Origin: an uncultured Bacilli bacterium
GTDB taxonomy: Bacteria; Bacillota_I; Bacilli_A; RF39; UBA660
Assembly: GCA_944359625.1 (NCBI GenBank)
Contig: CALVSW010000006.1
Location: 5,070-69,069, forward strand
Length of the DNA stretch: 64,000 nt
Reading direction: 5' to 3'
Each line of letters opens with the position of its first letter. Position 1 is the stretch's first letter. Shown one piece after another: positions 27,291 to 37,358 of the stretch. Below the pieces are notes generated by a model. The model saw only the letters and a program-made list of their open reading frames with translations. It was not told the DNA's origin and did not search any database. The position numbers and the translations under genes are program-made.

Positions 27291-27951
27291 TTAAAGTCTC
27301 TCCCTTCTTTTCTTGCTTCTTAGTAGGAAGAATTTCACCTTTATAAATCCAAACTTTAACACCTATAATTCCATAAGTAGTTAATGCTTCAGCTGTACCA
27401 TAATCGATATCAGCTCTTACAGTATGAAGTGGAACAGTACCTTCAGTATATCCTTCACTTCTAGCCATTTCAGCACCACCTACACGGCCTGAAACTAAAG
27501 TCTTAATACCTTTAGCACCAGCTTTCATAGTGTTTCTAATAGCACGTTTTTGAACGCTTCTAAATGGAGCACGAGCTTCAATTTGTAAAGCAATATTTTG
27601 AGCTACAATTTGAGCATTTAAATCAGGATTTTTTACTTCAACGATAGATAAGTAAATATCTTCTCCAACTAATTTCTTTAATTTATTTCTTAATTTTTCG
27701 ATGTCTTCGCCGCCCTTACCAATAATAACTCCTGGCTTAGCTGACTTGATAGTAACATCACATTTATTATTTTTTCTTTCAATTATTACAGAGGCAACAG
27801 CAGCTTCTTTTAATTCTTTTGCTAAAAATTGACGAATTTTAATATCATTATTTAAATACTTAGCAAAATCCTTTTTATTTGAAAACCACCTAGAGTCCCA
27901 ATCTTTATTAATACCAATTCTTAATCCAATTGGACTAACCTTTTGTCCCAT
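27268..27951 (-). CDS. rpsC: 30S ribosomal protein S3
   Basis: [23 protein letters not shown]...KH-domain [10 protein letters not shown]. Its 3' end overlaps rplP by 23 nt. Confidence 0.95.
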   Translation of the reverse strand: MGQKVSPIGLRIGINKDWDSRWFSNKKDFAKYLNNDIKIRQFLAKELKEAAVASVIIERKNNKCDVTIKSAKPGVIIGKGGEDIEKLRNKLKKLVGEDIYLSIVEVKNPDLNAQIVAQNIALQIEARAPFRSVQKRAIRNTMKAGAKGIKTLVSGRVGGAEMARSEGYTEGTVPLHTVRADIDYGTAEALTTYGIIGVKVWIYKGEILPTKKQEKKGETLNVNSKKN

Positions 27952-28298
27952 TATTTTGCCTCCTTTACAGAATCACTAACTTTTATAGTTATATGACTAG
28001 TACGTTTATCATGGCGATCAACATTTGATCTACTTCCAAAGCGAATCTTTTTACGAGTCTTTCCTGGATTAATATAGCATTCAGAAATAACTAGATCAAA
28101 TTCGTTTGCACCATTATTATTAACAGCGTTTGCAATTGCTGAATTTAAAACCTTACTAATTAAACGACTAGCTTTTGTATTAGTATTTGCTAAAATACCA
28201 AGTGCAGTTTGAACATCTTTGCCTCTAATTAAATCAAGAGTCATTCTTGCTTTACGAGGAGCTACTTCTGCACCTTTATGTATTGCATAAGTTTCCAT
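27951..28298 (-). CDS. rplV: 50S ribosomal protein L22
   Basis: [24 protein letters not shown]...[30 protein letters not shown]. Confidence 0.95.
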   Translation of the reverse strand: METYAIHKGAEVAPRKARMTLDLIRGKDVQTALGILANTNTKASRLISKVLNSAIANAVNNNGANEFDLVISECYINPGKTRKKIRFGSRSNVDRHDKRTSHITIKVSDSVKEAK

Positions 28299-28313
28299 AT
28301 CTAATTATCCTTC

Positions 28314-28577
28314 CTACTTTTGACCAGCATGGCCACCAAATTTACGAGTTAAAGCAAATTCGCCAAGCTTATGTCCAACCATTTCTTCTGTTATATAAAC
28401 GGGAATAAATTCCTTACCATTATGAACAGCTATTGTATGTCCGACAAAATCAGGGAAAATTGTTGAACGACGTGACCAAGTCTTAATAACTTCTTTTTTA
28501 CCATTTTTATTTAATTCTTGAACCCTTTTTAATAATCTATCGAATACATAAGGGCCTTTTTTTAAACTTCTTGCCAT
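28314..28577 (-). CDS. rpsS: 30S ribosomal protein S19
   Basis: [11 protein letters not shown]...[42 protein letters not shown]. Confidence 0.95.
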   Translation of the reverse strand: MARSLKKGPYVFDRLLKRVQELNKNGKKEVIKTWSRRSTIFPDFVGHTIAVHNGKEFIPVYITEEMVGHKLGEFALTRKFGGHAGQK

Positions 28578-28587
28578 CTATTTCCTC

Positions 28588-29418
28588 CTATTTTTTTCTG
28601 CGACTAACAATTAGCTTGTCAGATGCTTTCTTATTCTTTCTAGTCTTTAGACCAAGTGCAGGTTTACCCCAAGGTGTCATTGGTGCCTTACGTCCAACTG
28701 GAGCACGGCCTTCGCCACCACCATGTGGGTGATCATTAGGGTTCATAACAGAACCACGGTTTGTTGGATTAATACCCATATGGCGTTTACGTCCGGCTTT
28801 ACCAAGATTTACAAGTTCAAAGTCTTCGTTGCCTACAACTCCGATTGTAGCCATACAACTACCTAAAATCTTTCTTGTTTCACCAGATTGTAATCTTACC
28901 ATTACATATTTACCTTCACGTCCAAGAATTTGAGCACTAGTACCAGCACTACGAGCAAGTTCAGCACCTTTTCCCGGTTGAAGTTCAATACAATGGATTA
29001 CGGTACCAACAGGAATGTTTTCAAGTGGTAAAGCATTACCAACTTTAATATCAGCATCCTTACCATTTTCAATAATCATACCTACTTTTAAGTCTTTAGG
29101 AGCAATTATATAACGTTTTTCTCCATCTAAATAATTAATTAAAGCAATATTAGCATTACGATTTGGATCGTATTCAATAGTAGCTACTCGACCAGTTATA
29201 CCGATTTTATTTCTTTTAAAATCAATTATTCTATATTTTTGCTTAGCACCGCCACCAATGTGTTGTACGGTCATTCTACCTTGATTATTTCTTCCACCAG
29301 TTTTAGTTTTCTTTACTAATAAAGATTTTTCTGGAGTAGTAGAAGTAATTTCAGTATTAGCTAGTGTAGACATACCACGACGTCCATTAGTAGTTGGGTT
29401 ATATTTTTTAATTGGCAT
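28588..29418 (-). CDS. rplB: 50S ribosomal protein L2
   Basis: [14 protein letters not shown]...[11 protein letters not shown]...[14 protein letters not shown] set the start at ATG 29418, behind GGAG (the track uses an upstream GTG). Confidence 0.95.
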   Translation of the reverse strand: MPIKKYNPTTNGRRGMSTLANTEITSTTPEKSLLVKKTKTGGRNNQGRMTVQHIGGGAKQKYRIIDFKRNKIGITGRVATIEYDPNRNANIALINYLDGEKRYIIAPKDLKVGMIIENGKDADIKVGNALPLENIPVGTVIHCIELQPGKGAELARSAGTSAQILGREGKYVMVRLQSGETRKILGSCMATIGVVGNEDFELVNLGKAGRKRHMGINPTNRGSVMNPNDHPHGGGEGRAPVGRKAPMTPWGKPALGLKTRKNKKASDKLIVSRRKK

Positions 29419-29434
29419 AATCTTCACTCCTATC

Positions 29435-29710
29435 CTAATATTCTATTTTAGAGCCATCTTCAAGAGTAACAAAAGCTTTTTTATAAGTCTTTGTTTTTCC
29501 TGTATAGCGTCCTACTCTTTTATCTTTTGCCTTAGTATTTAATGTATTTACACTTTTTACTTTTACACCAAATAACTTTTCAATAGCATTTTTAATTTCA
29601 ATCTTATTGGCACTCTTAGCAACTTTAAAAGTGTACACATTCTTTTCTTTTGCATACATTGACTTTTCTGTTATTACAGGTGCAATGATTACATCAGTAT
29701 AATCTTTCAT
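29435..29710 (-). CDS. rplW: 50S ribosomal protein L23
   Basis: [13 protein letters not shown]...[26 protein letters not shown]. Confidence 0.95.
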   Translation of the reverse strand: MKDYTDVIIAPVITEKSMYAKEKNVYTFKVAKSANKIEIKNAIEKLFGVKVKSVNTLNTKAKDKRVGRYTGKTKTYKKAFVTLEDGSKIEY

Positions 29711-30333
29711 TATTTAAGTGCCTCCTCAATCTTATTAACAGCTTCTTCTTCAATAACTACTGTATCAGCATTAATTAAATCAAAGCAATTAATTTCATCA
29801 GCTAATAAGGAATATGCATATCCTAAATTTCTAATAGCTAAATATAAATTTTCATTTTCAGATGCAGTAATAAATAGCACTTTGCCATTTAATCCCATAG
29901 TCTTAATTAAATCTTTTACTTCAGCTGTCTTAGAAGATTTTAAATTTAATGAATCAACAACAATTATTGCCTTTTCATTATTCTTTATTGTTAATGCACT
30001 CTTAAGAGCTAAATTTCTTTCTTTCTTATTAATTTTAAATGTGTAATCACGTGGTGTTACACCACCAGCAATTCCACCACCACGCCATTGCGTAGCACGG
30101 ATAGAACCTTGACGAGCTCTACCAGTTCCTTTTTGTCTCCATGGTTTTTTACCGCCACCAGAAACTTCAGCGCGATTTTTAGTTTTTGCAGTTCCTTGTC
30201 TAGATGCTGCAAGTTGTAAATCTATAGCTTTTTTAACAGCATTTTCATTTACTTCAATTCCAAAAACCTTTGCATTAAGGGTTAAATCTTTAGTTTTTTC
30301 ATTTTTCAAATTTTTAACTTCTACTTTTGCCAT
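29710..30333 (-). CDS. rplD: 50S ribosomal protein L4
   Basis: [29 protein letters not shown]. Confidence 0.95.
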   Translation of the reverse strand: MAKVEVKNLKNEKTKDLTLNAKVFGIEVNENAVKKAIDLQLAASRQGTAKTKNRAEVSGGGKKPWRQKGTGRARQGSIRATQWRGGGIAGGVTPRDYTFKINKKERNLALKSALTIKNNEKAIIVVDSLNLKSSKTAEVKDLIKTMGLNGKVLFITASENENLYLAIRNLGYAYSLLADEINCFDLINADTVVIEEEAVNKIEEALK

Positions 30334-30355
30334 TTTAGATCACCTTTCTAGAAAA

Positions 30356-31084
30356 TTAATTCTCTTGGTTTTCCTCTTTAGCTTCTGTTACTACTTCTTG
30401 AGAAGTGACATTTTCTTCACTTTTCTTTTCATAAGTAACTAATTCAACATTTTCTGCTTTTCTTTCATTTTTAGCAGCTGATTTTATTAAAACTAAAGAT
30501 TTTTTAGCACCTGGAACGTTTCCACTTACTAAAATGTAATTTTCAGGAACATTTACATCTACTACCATTAAATTTTGGATAGTAACAGTATCAACACCCA
30601 TATGACCTGGTAATTTTTTACCTGGTAATACACGCATTGGTCTCATTGTACCCATTGAACCTGGTCTTCTATGATAACGAGATCCATGAGCAGATGGTCC
30701 AGAAGATTGACCATGTCTTTTAATTACGCCTTGAGTTCCATGGCCTTTACTTGTACCAGTTACATCTACAACTTCACCAACAGTAAATATAGATGCATCA
30801 ATTGTGTCTCCTAAGTTATAAGAGCCATCATAATCTCTTATTTCTTTTAAGAAGCGCTTAGGAGTTGCATTGGCTTTTTTAGCATGACCAATGCTAGCTT
30901 TAGTGGCGTTCTTTTCCTTTTTGTCACAAACGCCTAATTGAATTGCGTTGTAACCATCAGTTTCAACAGTTTTAACTTGCATTACTTTATTTGGTTCAAC
31001 TTCAATTACTGTGACAGGAATAACTTTACCTTCTTTAGTGAAGACTTCAGTCATTCCGACTTTACGTCCTAAGATTCCTTTCAT
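30356..31084 (-). CDS. rplC: 50S ribosomal protein L3 (about 35-aa acidic C-terminal extension)
   Basis: [15 protein letters not shown]...[16 protein letters not shown] set the start at ATG 31084, behind GGAGG (the track starts 4 codons upstream). Confidence 0.95.
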   Translation of the reverse strand: MKGILGRKVGMTEVFTKEGKVIPVTVIEVEPNKVMQVKTVETDGYNAIQLGVCDKKEKNATKASIGHAKKANATPKRFLKEIRDYDGSYNLGDTIDASIFTVGEVVDVTGTSKGHGTQGVIKRHGQSSGPSAHGSRYHRRPGSMGTMRPMRVLPGKKLPGHMGVDTVTIQNLMVVDVNVPENYILVSGNVPGAKKSLVLIKSAAKNERKAENVELVTYEKKSEENVTSQEVVTEAKEENQEN

Positions 31085-31101
31085 TTTTTCCTCCATTATT
31101 T

Positions 31102-31407
31102 TTATAATTGTTTAATATTGATTGCAACACCACTTGGTAAATCTAAGTGAGATAATGCTTCAATAGTTTCTTTACTAGGTTCTTTAATATCAATAAGTCT
31201 CTTATGAGTACGCATTTCAAATTGCTCACGAGCATCTTTATCTTTGTGTACAGCTCTTAATACTGTTATTTTTTCAATATCAGTAGGAAGAGGAATAGGA
31301 CCAGAAATTACGCCCCCAGTTCTTTTTACAGTTTCGACAATCTTACCAGCAGCTAAATCAATTGAACGATGATCATATGCCTTAAGATTAATACGAATTT
31401 TTGACAT
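31102..31407 (-). CDS. rpsJ: 30S ribosomal protein S10
   Basis: [29 protein letters not shown]...SGPIPLPT. Confidence 0.95.
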   Translation of the reverse strand: MSKIRINLKAYDHRSIDLAAGKIVETVKRTGGVISGPIPLPTDIEKITVLRAVHKDKDAREQFEMRTHKRLIDIKEPSKETIEALSHLDLPSGVAINIKQL

Positions 31408-31550
31408 TTAATTGTCCTCCTTTCGCCTATATCTAGTATAGACTTGCTCCGTCACGAATTACCTGCATGCACCAAGAAATAGTAATTCATTCAATCAACT
31501 TTGCCTAGTGTATCAGCAACCTCGCACATCTTTGCAGTCATACAGCTAAA
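31408..31550 (-). promoter_or_regulatory. 5' leader of the S10 operon (about 140 nt, locally GC-enriched, probably structured)
   Basis: It lies between the predicted promoter and the rpsJ RBS. It contains GC-rich segments (gtgcgaggttgctg, ggtgcatgcagg, cgtgacggagc) that are unusual for this genome's intergenic DNA. Confidence 0.4.
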
Positions 31551-31579
31551 ATACTACCAAAATATTAAGAAAAATGCAA
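31551..31579 (-). promoter_or_regulatory. sigma-A promoter of the S10 operon
   Basis: Minus strand: TTGCAT, 17 nt spacer (ending TGG), TAGTAT. Confidence 0.55.
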
Positions 31580-31617
31580 GCAATTTTTCACCATTTTTTA
31601 AATAAATTTTATATAAT

Positions 31618-31653
31618 GTTAAAACCTCGTTTCTATCTTAAAAACGAGGTTTA
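31618..31653 (-). terminator. hairpin terminator after gpmI (usable in both directions)
   Basis: aaacctcgtt-tctatcttaa-aacgaggttt, flanked by A and T runs, 9 nt after the gpmI stop. Confidence 0.65.
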
Positions 31654-31661
31654 TTTTATTA

Positions 31662-33167
31662 TTAATCAACTATTAGAGGTTTAGTATCTTTCATTTCTTT
31701 TGGTAAAGCAATATCCATATATTTTAATATCGTAGGAGCAACTTGGGTTAAATTACCATTTTCTAATTTTACTTTCTTATCCGTTATAATAAAAGGTACG
31801 GGATAAAGAGAATGGGTAGTACAAACATTGCCGTTATCATCTATCATTTCATCACAATTGCCATGATCACTTAAAATAATAACTGTATAATAATTTTCCT
31901 TAGCAGCAACCATTATTTTTGCTAAACACTGATCAATAGTTTCTAAGGCACTAATCGCAGCCTTTAAATTTCCGGTATGACCTACCATGTCTGGATTAGC
32001 AAAGTTCATAAATATAAAATCATAATCTTTATCAAGGCAATCAATACAACGAGAAGTTACTTCTAAAGCTGACATACTAGGTTTTAAATCATAAGTAGCC
32101 ACTTTAGGAGAAGGTATTAAAAAGCGATCACATTTTTCTAATTGTAATTCTTTACCACCATCAAAGAAGTAAGTAACATGGGCATACTTTTCAGTTTCAG
32201 CAATACGAGCTTGTGAAAGTCCAAGAGTAGATAAATAAACCCCTAAAGAATTTTTTACATTAGGTACTTCTAAAAAATGTTTAGAATTTTTAGCTTCTTC
32301 AATTGGATAAAAAGTATAACACTTTAAATTATGATAATGAGTTGTTTGATACTCATTAAAATTAGCATCAGTTAAAACAGTTAAAATCTGTTTAGCGCGG
32401 TCTGGTCGATAATTTAACCATAATAGAATATCGCCATCTTTTATAGGCATTCCATCATTTACAATCATTGGGGGTAAAAACTCATCGGTAACGTTCTTTT
32501 GATAGCAAAAATTAATTGCTTGTTCTAAATTTTTAACTTTTGTCCCAACATTTTCAGTAACTAATTGGCTATAAATTTTAGTGCGCTCCCATTTTTTATC
32601 ACGATCCATAGCATAATATCTTCCACAAACACTTACAACATATCCCATGTTGTATTTACGAAGCAAATCATCGACATCTTTTATATATCTATAACTTACA
32701 GTAGGAGAAGTATCTCTGCCATCAGTAATTGCATGTAAATAAACATTTGTTATATTTTCTTTATATAAAGCTTCAATCATCATCTTAATAAAACCAATAT
32801 GAGAGTGAATTTTACCATCAGAAGTTAATCCCATTAAATGAATTGTTTTTTTACTATTTTTAGCATAACTTACTAATTCTTGAAAAACTTGATTTTTATA
32901 GATATCACCATTATTAAACATATCATTAATTTGCATAAAATTTTGTTTTATCAATCTTCCAGCTCCAATTGTTGTATGTCCTACTTCACTATTACCCATT
33001 TGGCCTTTTTCTAATCCTACTGCTTCTTCACTTGCAAGTAATTGACAATGAGGATATTCGTTCCATAATCTGCGAAATGTTGGCATATTAGCTAATTTAA
33101 CAGCATTACCATTAATATTCTTACGAAGACCAAATCCGTCTAAAACTATTGTTAATACTTTTTTCAT
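31662..33167 (-). CDS. gpmI: 2,3-bisphosphoglycerate-independent phosphoglycerate mutase
   Basis: MKKVLTIVLDGFG...GNSEVGHTTIGAGR...ITDGRDT...NFANPDMVGHTG...SDHGN. Confidence 0.9.
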   Translation of the reverse strand: MKKVLTIVLDGFGLRKNINGNAVKLANMPTFRRLWNEYPHCQLLASEEAVGLEKGQMGNSEVGHTTIGAGRLIKQNFMQINDMFNNGDIYKNQVFQELVSYAKNSKKTIHLMGLTSDGKIHSHIGFIKMMIEALYKENITNVYLHAITDGRDTSPTVSYRYIKDVDDLLRKYNMGYVVSVCGRYYAMDRDKKWERTKIYSQLVTENVGTKVKNLEQAINFCYQKNVTDEFLPPMIVNDGMPIKDGDILLWLNYRPDRAKQILTVLTDANFNEYQTTHYHNLKCYTFYPIEEAKNSKHFLEVPNVKNSLGVYLSTLGLSQARIAETEKYAHVTYFFDGGKELQLEKCDRFLIPSPKVATYDLKPSMSALEVTSRCIDCLDKDYDFIFMNFANPDMVGHTGNLKAAISALETIDQCLAKIMVAAKENYYTVIILSDHGNCDEMIDDNGNVCTTHSLYPVPFIITDKKVKLENGNLTQVAPTILKYMDIALPKEMKDTKPLIVD

Positions 33168-33236
33168 TTATATCATCTTCCCACAATATAAGTTTAGCAC
33201 AATAAAAAAAATTACGAAAGCTTTATTTTCGTAATT

Positions 33237-33998
33237 TTATGGCAATTTAACTTTATTATCCATTGCTAATTTATCAGTAATAGTAGCTAAGAATTCTGAA
33301 TTAGTTGGTTTAGCCCTATCAAAATCAACAGAATGACCAAATATTTCTTCCATTAAATCATAATCGCCCCTAGTCCAACTTACCTCGATTGCATGGCGAA
33401 TTGCTCTTTCAACCCGTGATGCCGTAGTATTATACTTTTCGGCAATATATGGATAAACTTCTTTCGTAATTCCTCCTAGATGTTCCGAATTATTATACAT
33501 TAGTTCAATTGAATCGCGAATATATTGATATCCTTTAATATGACTTGGCATACCTAAATCATGTAATAATTTAGATAATCCTTTCTTTAAAGCTTGGTTA
33601 TTAGAAATTTCATTATTAATAGGTATATTAACACTATCAATAATTCTTTCTTCTAAAATTTTCAAATCAATATTTTTATACAAGAAAAAAGATATATCAT
33701 AAATAGATAAAGAAGTTATAAAACTTGTATTATTAAAATTAGAATGAACAATTGTTTTACAATTAATATTTTCTTGTTTCATATATTTTAAAATACCAAA
33801 ACCATCTAATAATGGTAATATCGTATCTAAAACAATTACATCTATATCTTTATGATATTCTTTTATTATATTTAATGCTTTTAAGCCATCTGTAGCTTCA
33901 TATTTAATACTTACAACTTGGTTACTACTGAAATACTCCTTAATCATTTTAATAGACTTTTCATTATCTACTACTAAAACATTAATTACATTTTTCAT
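33237..33998 (-). CDS. spo0A: sporulation master regulator Spo0A
   Basis: The C-terminal domain is near-identical in motif content to Bacillus Spo0A: PSHIKGYQYIRDSIELMYNN...ITKEVYPYIAEKYNTTASRVERAIRHAIEVSWTRG...AKPTNSEFLATITDKL. The receiver domain has VLDTILPLLDG. Confidence 0.9.
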   Translation of the reverse strand: MKNVINVLVVDNEKSIKMIKEYFSSNQVVSIKYEATDGLKALNIIKEYHKDIDVIVLDTILPLLDGFGILKYMKQENINCKTIVHSNFNNTSFITSLSIYDISFFLYKNIDLKILEERIIDSVNIPINNEISNNQALKKGLSKLLHDLGMPSHIKGYQYIRDSIELMYNNSEHLGGITKEVYPYIAEKYNTTASRVERAIRHAIEVSWTRGDYDLMEEIFGHSVDFDRAKPTNSEFLATITDKLAMDNKVKLP

Positions 33999-34104
33999 TT
34001 TATCTCCTTACAAGTACTACATAAATAAATTATAACCATATATGTGCTAAAATACCAGATATTTTTTTGTTAAACATTGTCGATTTATGTCAAATAAACA
34101 ATTA

Positions 34105-35277
34105 TTAGTCGATAATAGCCATTTTTTCATTAATTATATAATCTAAAGTAGCACCGCCACCGGTTGATAAATATGTGTAATCATTTTCATGATTGAATTT
34201 TTTTACAGCACTTAAAGCATCGCCACCACCACAAATAACTTTTTTATTAGATTCTTTTAAAACTTCTAATAATTCTAAAGTACCATTTGAAAAGCGTTTA
34301 TCTTCATAAATACCACAAGTACCATTTAAAAATATTACATCAGAGCCATAAATTATTCCTTTATACTTACGCATAGTCTTAGGGCCAATATCTCCAATAT
34401 AATCTTCATAATCAAGTTCATTAACATTTTTTACTTCAACATTTTCTTCAGCATAACTTTTACTAATAATTACATCTAATGGTAAAGAAATCTTATTTTT
34501 ATATGTAATTAACATTTCTTTTATACTTTGTAAAATTTCTTCATCATCAGTAGCTAAAGAGGTACCTACATTTAAACCAAGTGCTTTTAAGCAACTATTA
34601 GCTAAACCTCCAGTAACTAACATATAATTACATTTAGGAAGTAATTTCTGCATTAACTCTAATTTATCATCTATCTTAGAACCACCTACAATAATTGTAA
34701 AAATGCCTTCAGGATGTAAAACATATTTATTTAGCATTGCTTCTTCTTCTAAAACTAAAAAACCTAAGTAACTTGGAATAAATTTAGCAATACCATAAGT
34801 TGATGCATGACGACGATGAGAAGTAGCAAAAGCATCCATTACAAATAAATCACCTAAACTAGCCCAATATTCTGCTAGTTCTAAATCACAATTACTTTCT
34901 AATTTATTTGGATAATCTTCAAAACGGGTATTTTCTAAAACTAAGATTTCTTTAGGATTTAATGTCTTAACTTTCAAGTCTAATTCAGGACTACGAGTAT
35001 AACGAGAAAAAATAACTTGAGTGTTTACAAGCTCATTTAATCTTTTGGCAACTATTTCTAAACTATATTTTTCTTTATCTTTAGTACTTTTTATTTTTCC
35101 TAAATGGGATAAAACAATAATACGGCAATTATTTTCTAAAAGATAATTTATAGTCTTTAAAGATGCTTTAATTTTTGTATCATCTAATATTTTATTATCT
35201 TGAATAGGCACATTATAATCAACACGTAGTAATACTGTTTTATCTTGTAAATTAGCTTCTTTTATATCTTTAAACAT
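34105..35277 (-). CDS. pgk: phosphoglycerate kinase
   Basis: LLRVDYNVP...SHLG...FATSHR...GGGDALSAV...STGGGATLDY. Confidence 0.9.
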   Translation of the reverse strand: MFKDIKEANLQDKTVLLRVDYNVPIQDNKILDDTKIKASLKTINYLLENNCRIIVLSHLGKIKSTKDKEKYSLEIVAKRLNELVNTQVIFSRYTRSPELDLKVKTLNPKEILVLENTRFEDYPNKLESNCDLELAEYWASLGDLFVMDAFATSHRRHASTYGIAKFIPSYLGFLVLEEEAMLNKYVLHPEGIFTIIVGGSKIDDKLELMQKLLPKCNYMLVTGGLANSCLKALGLNVGTSLATDDEEILQSIKEMLITYKNKISLPLDVIISKSYAEENVEVKNVNELDYEDYIGDIGPKTMRKYKGIIYGSDVIFLNGTCGIYEDKRFSNGTLELLEVLKESNKKVICGGGDALSAVKKFNHENDYTYLSTGGGATLDYIINEKMAIID

Positions 35278-35350
35278 TTAAAAACCACCTACTATCTATT
35301 ATAAGCAAAAAATAAATAAGTTAAATAAAAAAAGTAAGTCTAATTAACAC

Positions 35351-35971
35351 TTACTTGATAATATGAGATTCTGTTTTTTCATCAGGTAGCGAATTTATAT
35401 ATGTTAAAATCTCGTTATAATCTAATTCTGAAGAGTATTCATTATTACATACTGTATAAAATGGTTTTGGATTATCATTTTCTAATACTGATTTATAACT
35501 ATTGATTAAAAATAAAATTTCTTCTCTTTGAATTGGAGTTAGTTCATTTGGTAAATAAATAATTACGTTACCAAAAAATACTTGCATTATAGTTACTTGC
35601 ATTGCTGATAAATAATTTGCAATATCATAACCACTTGCAGCTAATAATGCAGGATTATTATAATATTTATCTTCATCAGATAAATGCTTATTAAATTGAT
35701 TAGCAATATTTAAAAAACTTGCAGGATGAGAAAAGCTATTTTCATTATTATCAGCAAATACCATTGCAATACTCCCATTACTATCAATTCCAATTGAGCC
35801 AGTCTTAAAATCGTAAGTAGTAGAATTAATTATTTTATTCAATAATTCTTGACGTTGAGTTAATAATTCTTGTTTTTTAGTATTTTCAGCATCATTTAAT
35901 GTAAAATTAATGACATTAAGTAATCCAACTATCGACGTTAAAACATCAGAATTTTGCTTGATTTGTCCCAT
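35351..35971 (-). CDS. hypothetical protein inserted between gap and pgk
   Basis: 206-aa ORF with an AAAGGAGGCAC RBS. No motif recognised. Confidence 0.6.
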   Translation of the reverse strand: MGQIKQNSDVLTSIVGLLNVINFTLNDAENTKKQELLTQRQELLNKIINSTTYDFKTGSIGIDSNGSIAMVFADNNENSFSHPASFLNIANQFNKHLSDEDKYYNNPALLAASGYDIANYLSAMQVTIMQVFFGNVIIYLPNELTPIQREEILFLINSYKSVLENDNPKPFYTVCNNEYSSELDYNEILTYINSLPDEKTESHIIK

Positions 35972-36212
35972 TTATTTATAGTGCCTCCTTTGTCACGTTT
36001 AACAAGTATACCTCAGATATTAATTAAATTCAACAAAATTTTAAATTTTATAAAAATATAACTAATTATGTTTTTTTACAATAAAGCATTAACAAACTTA
36101 CATAATTTTATATTTAACTTAATTTTATATATATCTTTTTGCAATATTTTATTTCTAATAATTTATAATTTTGTTTTTTGACTTCTTTTTTTAGATATGA
36201 TATTTTTAAAAC

Positions 36213-36357
36213 GGTTCAGGACATTTTGACACTTTTACCTGAACCAATCTATTATGCTTTTTTACCATATACAACCCCTAACTTTTATGCATAATAGAAA
36301 TTTTCCATTTATTATTTTCTTTTACGAGGAATACACCACTACTGTATTCCTTTTTTT
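36213..36357 (+). ncRNA. candidate small RNA: three consecutive hairpins ending in a T7 terminator, antisense to the gap 3' end
   Basis: Putative promoter TTGACT (36178-36183), 17 nt spacer with TGn, TATTTT. The hairpins are ggttcagg/cctgaacc (36213-36244), ctattatgc/gcataatag (36249-36297) and aggaataca/tgtattcct plus ttttttt (36327-36357). Confidence 0.3.
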
Positions 36358-37358
36358 AACATTAAATATCTAGCAGTACGCATCATTTGTGCCGTATAAC
36401 CCATTTCATTATCATACCAAGCAATTATCTTTACTAATTGACCATTAGGAGTATCTAAAACTTTTGTAGATAATAAATCTACTAAAGAACCACATTTTTT
36501 ACCTATAACATCACTTGATACAATAGGATCATCAGTTACTTTTAATACTTCATTAACATTTTCACGTAATAAATTATTTATTTCTTCTATTGTCGTATTT
36601 TTTTGTAATTCTAAAGTTAAATCAATCATTGAACCACAACTTACAGGAACTCTAAAAGCAATACCATCTAATTTTCCTTCTAAACTAGGTATTACTTTAC
36701 TAATTGCACTGGCAGCTCCAGTAGATGCGGGAACGATATTTTGAGCACAAGCACGACCACGACGAGCATATATTCCTTTTTTATGAGCAATATCTAAAGT
36801 TGCTTGATCATTTGTATATGCATGAATAGTACTCATACTACCCATTTTAATACCAATGTTTTTTTCTAAAACTGCTAAAACAGGAGCTAAACAATTAGTA
36901 GTACATGAAGCTGAAGAAACAATTTTTTCTTCGCCATCTAAAGTATCTTCATTAACCCCATAGACAATCGTTTTCATATTACCTTTTCCAGGAGCAGAAA
37001 TTAATACACATTTAGCACCAGCTTCAATATGTTTATAAGCATCTTCATACTTTGTAAATTTACCACTACATTCTAATACTAAATCTATTCCAAGTTCTTT
37101 CCATGGTAAATTAATAGGATCTTTTTCACTAAAAACTTGAACTTTTTTACGATTATTTATAATTATATTATTATCATCATGACTAATTTTATCTTCGTGA
37201 AAACTACGATGATTAGTATCATATTTTAATAAATAAGATAGCTCTTCAGGAGTAGATAAATCATTTATTGCTACACAATCCATTCCTACTGAAGTAATTA
37301 TTTCTCTAAAAGCTAATCTTCCTATACGACCAAACCCATTTATTGCTACTTTTATCAT
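36339..37358 (-). CDS. gap: glyceraldehyde-3-phosphate dehydrogenase
   Basis: MIKVAINGFGRIGR...SCTTNCLAP...WYDNEMGY. The start overlaps the upstream stop (ATGA). Confidence 0.95.
   Translation of the reverse strand: MIKVAINGFGRIGRLAFREIITSVGMDCVAINDLSTPEELSYLLKYDTNHRSFHEDKISHDDNNIIINNRKKVQVFSEKDPINLPWKELGIDLVLECSGKFTKYEDAYKHIEAGAKCVLISAPGKGNMKTIVYGVNEDTLDGEEKIVSSASCTTNCLAPVLAVLEKNIGIKMGSMSTIHAYTNDQATLDIAHKKGIYARRGRACAQNIVPASTGAASAISKVIPSLEGKLDGIAFRVPVSCGSMIDLTLELQKNTTIEEINNLLRENVNEVLKVTDDPIVSSDVIGKKCGSLVDLLSTKVLDTPNGQLVKIIAWYDNEMGYTAQMMRTARYLMLKKGIQ

Noticed and set aside
36327-36357. The hairpin straddling the gap stop codon might be the gap terminator.
   Set aside because: In the gap (minus) orientation the stem is followed by cgtaaaag, not a U-run. 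The T7 tract is on the plus-strand side. The hairpin is therefore reported as the terminator of a candidate plus-strand sRNA, with the 36213-36244 hairpin as the more likely gap terminator.
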